From: Lophium mytilinum
Taxonomy: Eukaryota
DNA: 64,000 nucleotides
Assembly (NCBI GenBank): GCA_010093605.1
Contig: MU004181.1
Location: 1,860,001 to 1,924,000, forward strand
Reading direction: 5' to 3'
Below are positions 63,280 to 64,000 of this stretch, piece by piece. Both the position numbers and the translations under genes were made by a program. The notes beneath the pieces were generated by a model that worked only from the letters and a program-made list of their open reading frames with translations, was not told the origin of the DNA and made no database searches. Every line of letters starts with the position of its first letter. Position 1 is the first letter of the stretch.

Positions 63280-63497
63280 GCCATGTCTCGATAGCGGACG
63301 GCAGAAGTCCTGCAGGGCCCACAAGGTTGGAGGGCGAATCTTGAGGTCAGCTAGACGAGCCGACTGAGTGTTCAGAGTGCCTGAAGGCACGCTCGCTAGG
63401 ATTATTTCTAGTGCGGCCGCGGTAGGTCAACCGTAGATATACGGACAAAGAGTATGAAACAGTTTCCACAGTCGTCCGTGTCCAGTCCCCAGTTCTG

Positions 63498-64000
63498 TCA
63501 GCGAGCAAAGGTCGCTGAAGACCTTTCCCCAAAACCTCTAGCTTTCCTTGAGCTACTTTCGTAGACCTTTGCAAGATCCATCAGAAGGCGGCCCATTCTC
63601 GTAGTGATTCCCCAAACCCAGACCTAGGATTGGATTAGCTGAATGAACACTACGTGGACTAAACAGCGCGACATACGTCGGTCATCAATGAAGCCCAACT
63701 CTTTACAATAGCAGCTGCAAGCGAATCGTTCTCGCTGCACTCGATGTCCATTCCCTCAAGCGCTACTTTGACTTGTGAGATGATCTCGGCTTCCGCATGG
63801 GTAAGTGGAGTGTCGCTTGATTGATCCTCGAGACAGTGGATCCATTTTGAAAGCAGTAGAACTTGGCAACACTCATCAGTAAAGGTAAAGTAGATCGGCT
63901 TGAGCTGGGAACTTACCGCAGCCCCAGCCTGCGACAGCATGCTCGACGCTCCAACTTATCGCTGCCGTCTTCTGCACAAGCAGATAGCCCGCTTTTGACG
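63498..64000 (-). CDS. 3' end of a probable fungal transcription factor (partial, continues beyond the window)
   Basis: LLLSKWIHCLE...SLAAAIVKSWASLMTD|VWVWGITTRMG resembles the C-terminus of C2H2 plus fungal-specific-domain TFs as I recall them. The DNA-binding domain is outside the window. Confidence 0.6.

Overview
Eukaryotic DNA from a filamentous ascomycete (Pezizomycotina, probably Dothideomycetes; inferred from short GT-AG introns with CTAAC branch points and from gene content). Three zones. (1) 0-19 kb and 32-48 kb hold mostly core genes: phospholipase C, UPF1/NAM7, an F-box protein, a 989-aa hypothetical, bZIP Atf1/AtfA, neutral ceramidase, SPF27/BCAS2, a hybrid histidine kinase and HIU hydrolase. 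(2) About 19-32 kb is accessory. It has a NACHT-like relic, a CFEM/PTH11-like receptor, a palindromic dispersed-repeat locus, a SLOG-like gene, and a ~5 kb block (about 26.6-31.6 kb) bounded by degenerate ~250-270 bp inverted repeats. That block encloses an intact SAP-like/basic-tail gene and several tandem-repeat arrays; the 108-bp and ~85-bp arrays share a CCGTCTG core and a related motif sits at both IR ends. (3) 48-64 kb is a metabolic cluster with no backbone synthase in view: GST, MFS, FAD oxidase, P450, FAD monooxygenase, NAD(P)-binding protein, metallo-beta-lactamase-fold hydrolase, beta-hydroxyacid dehydrogenase and the 3' end of a transcription factor. Five of its promoter regions carry ATGYGGGG. 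All calls come from reading the sequence by eye; no database searches were run and splice models are manual.
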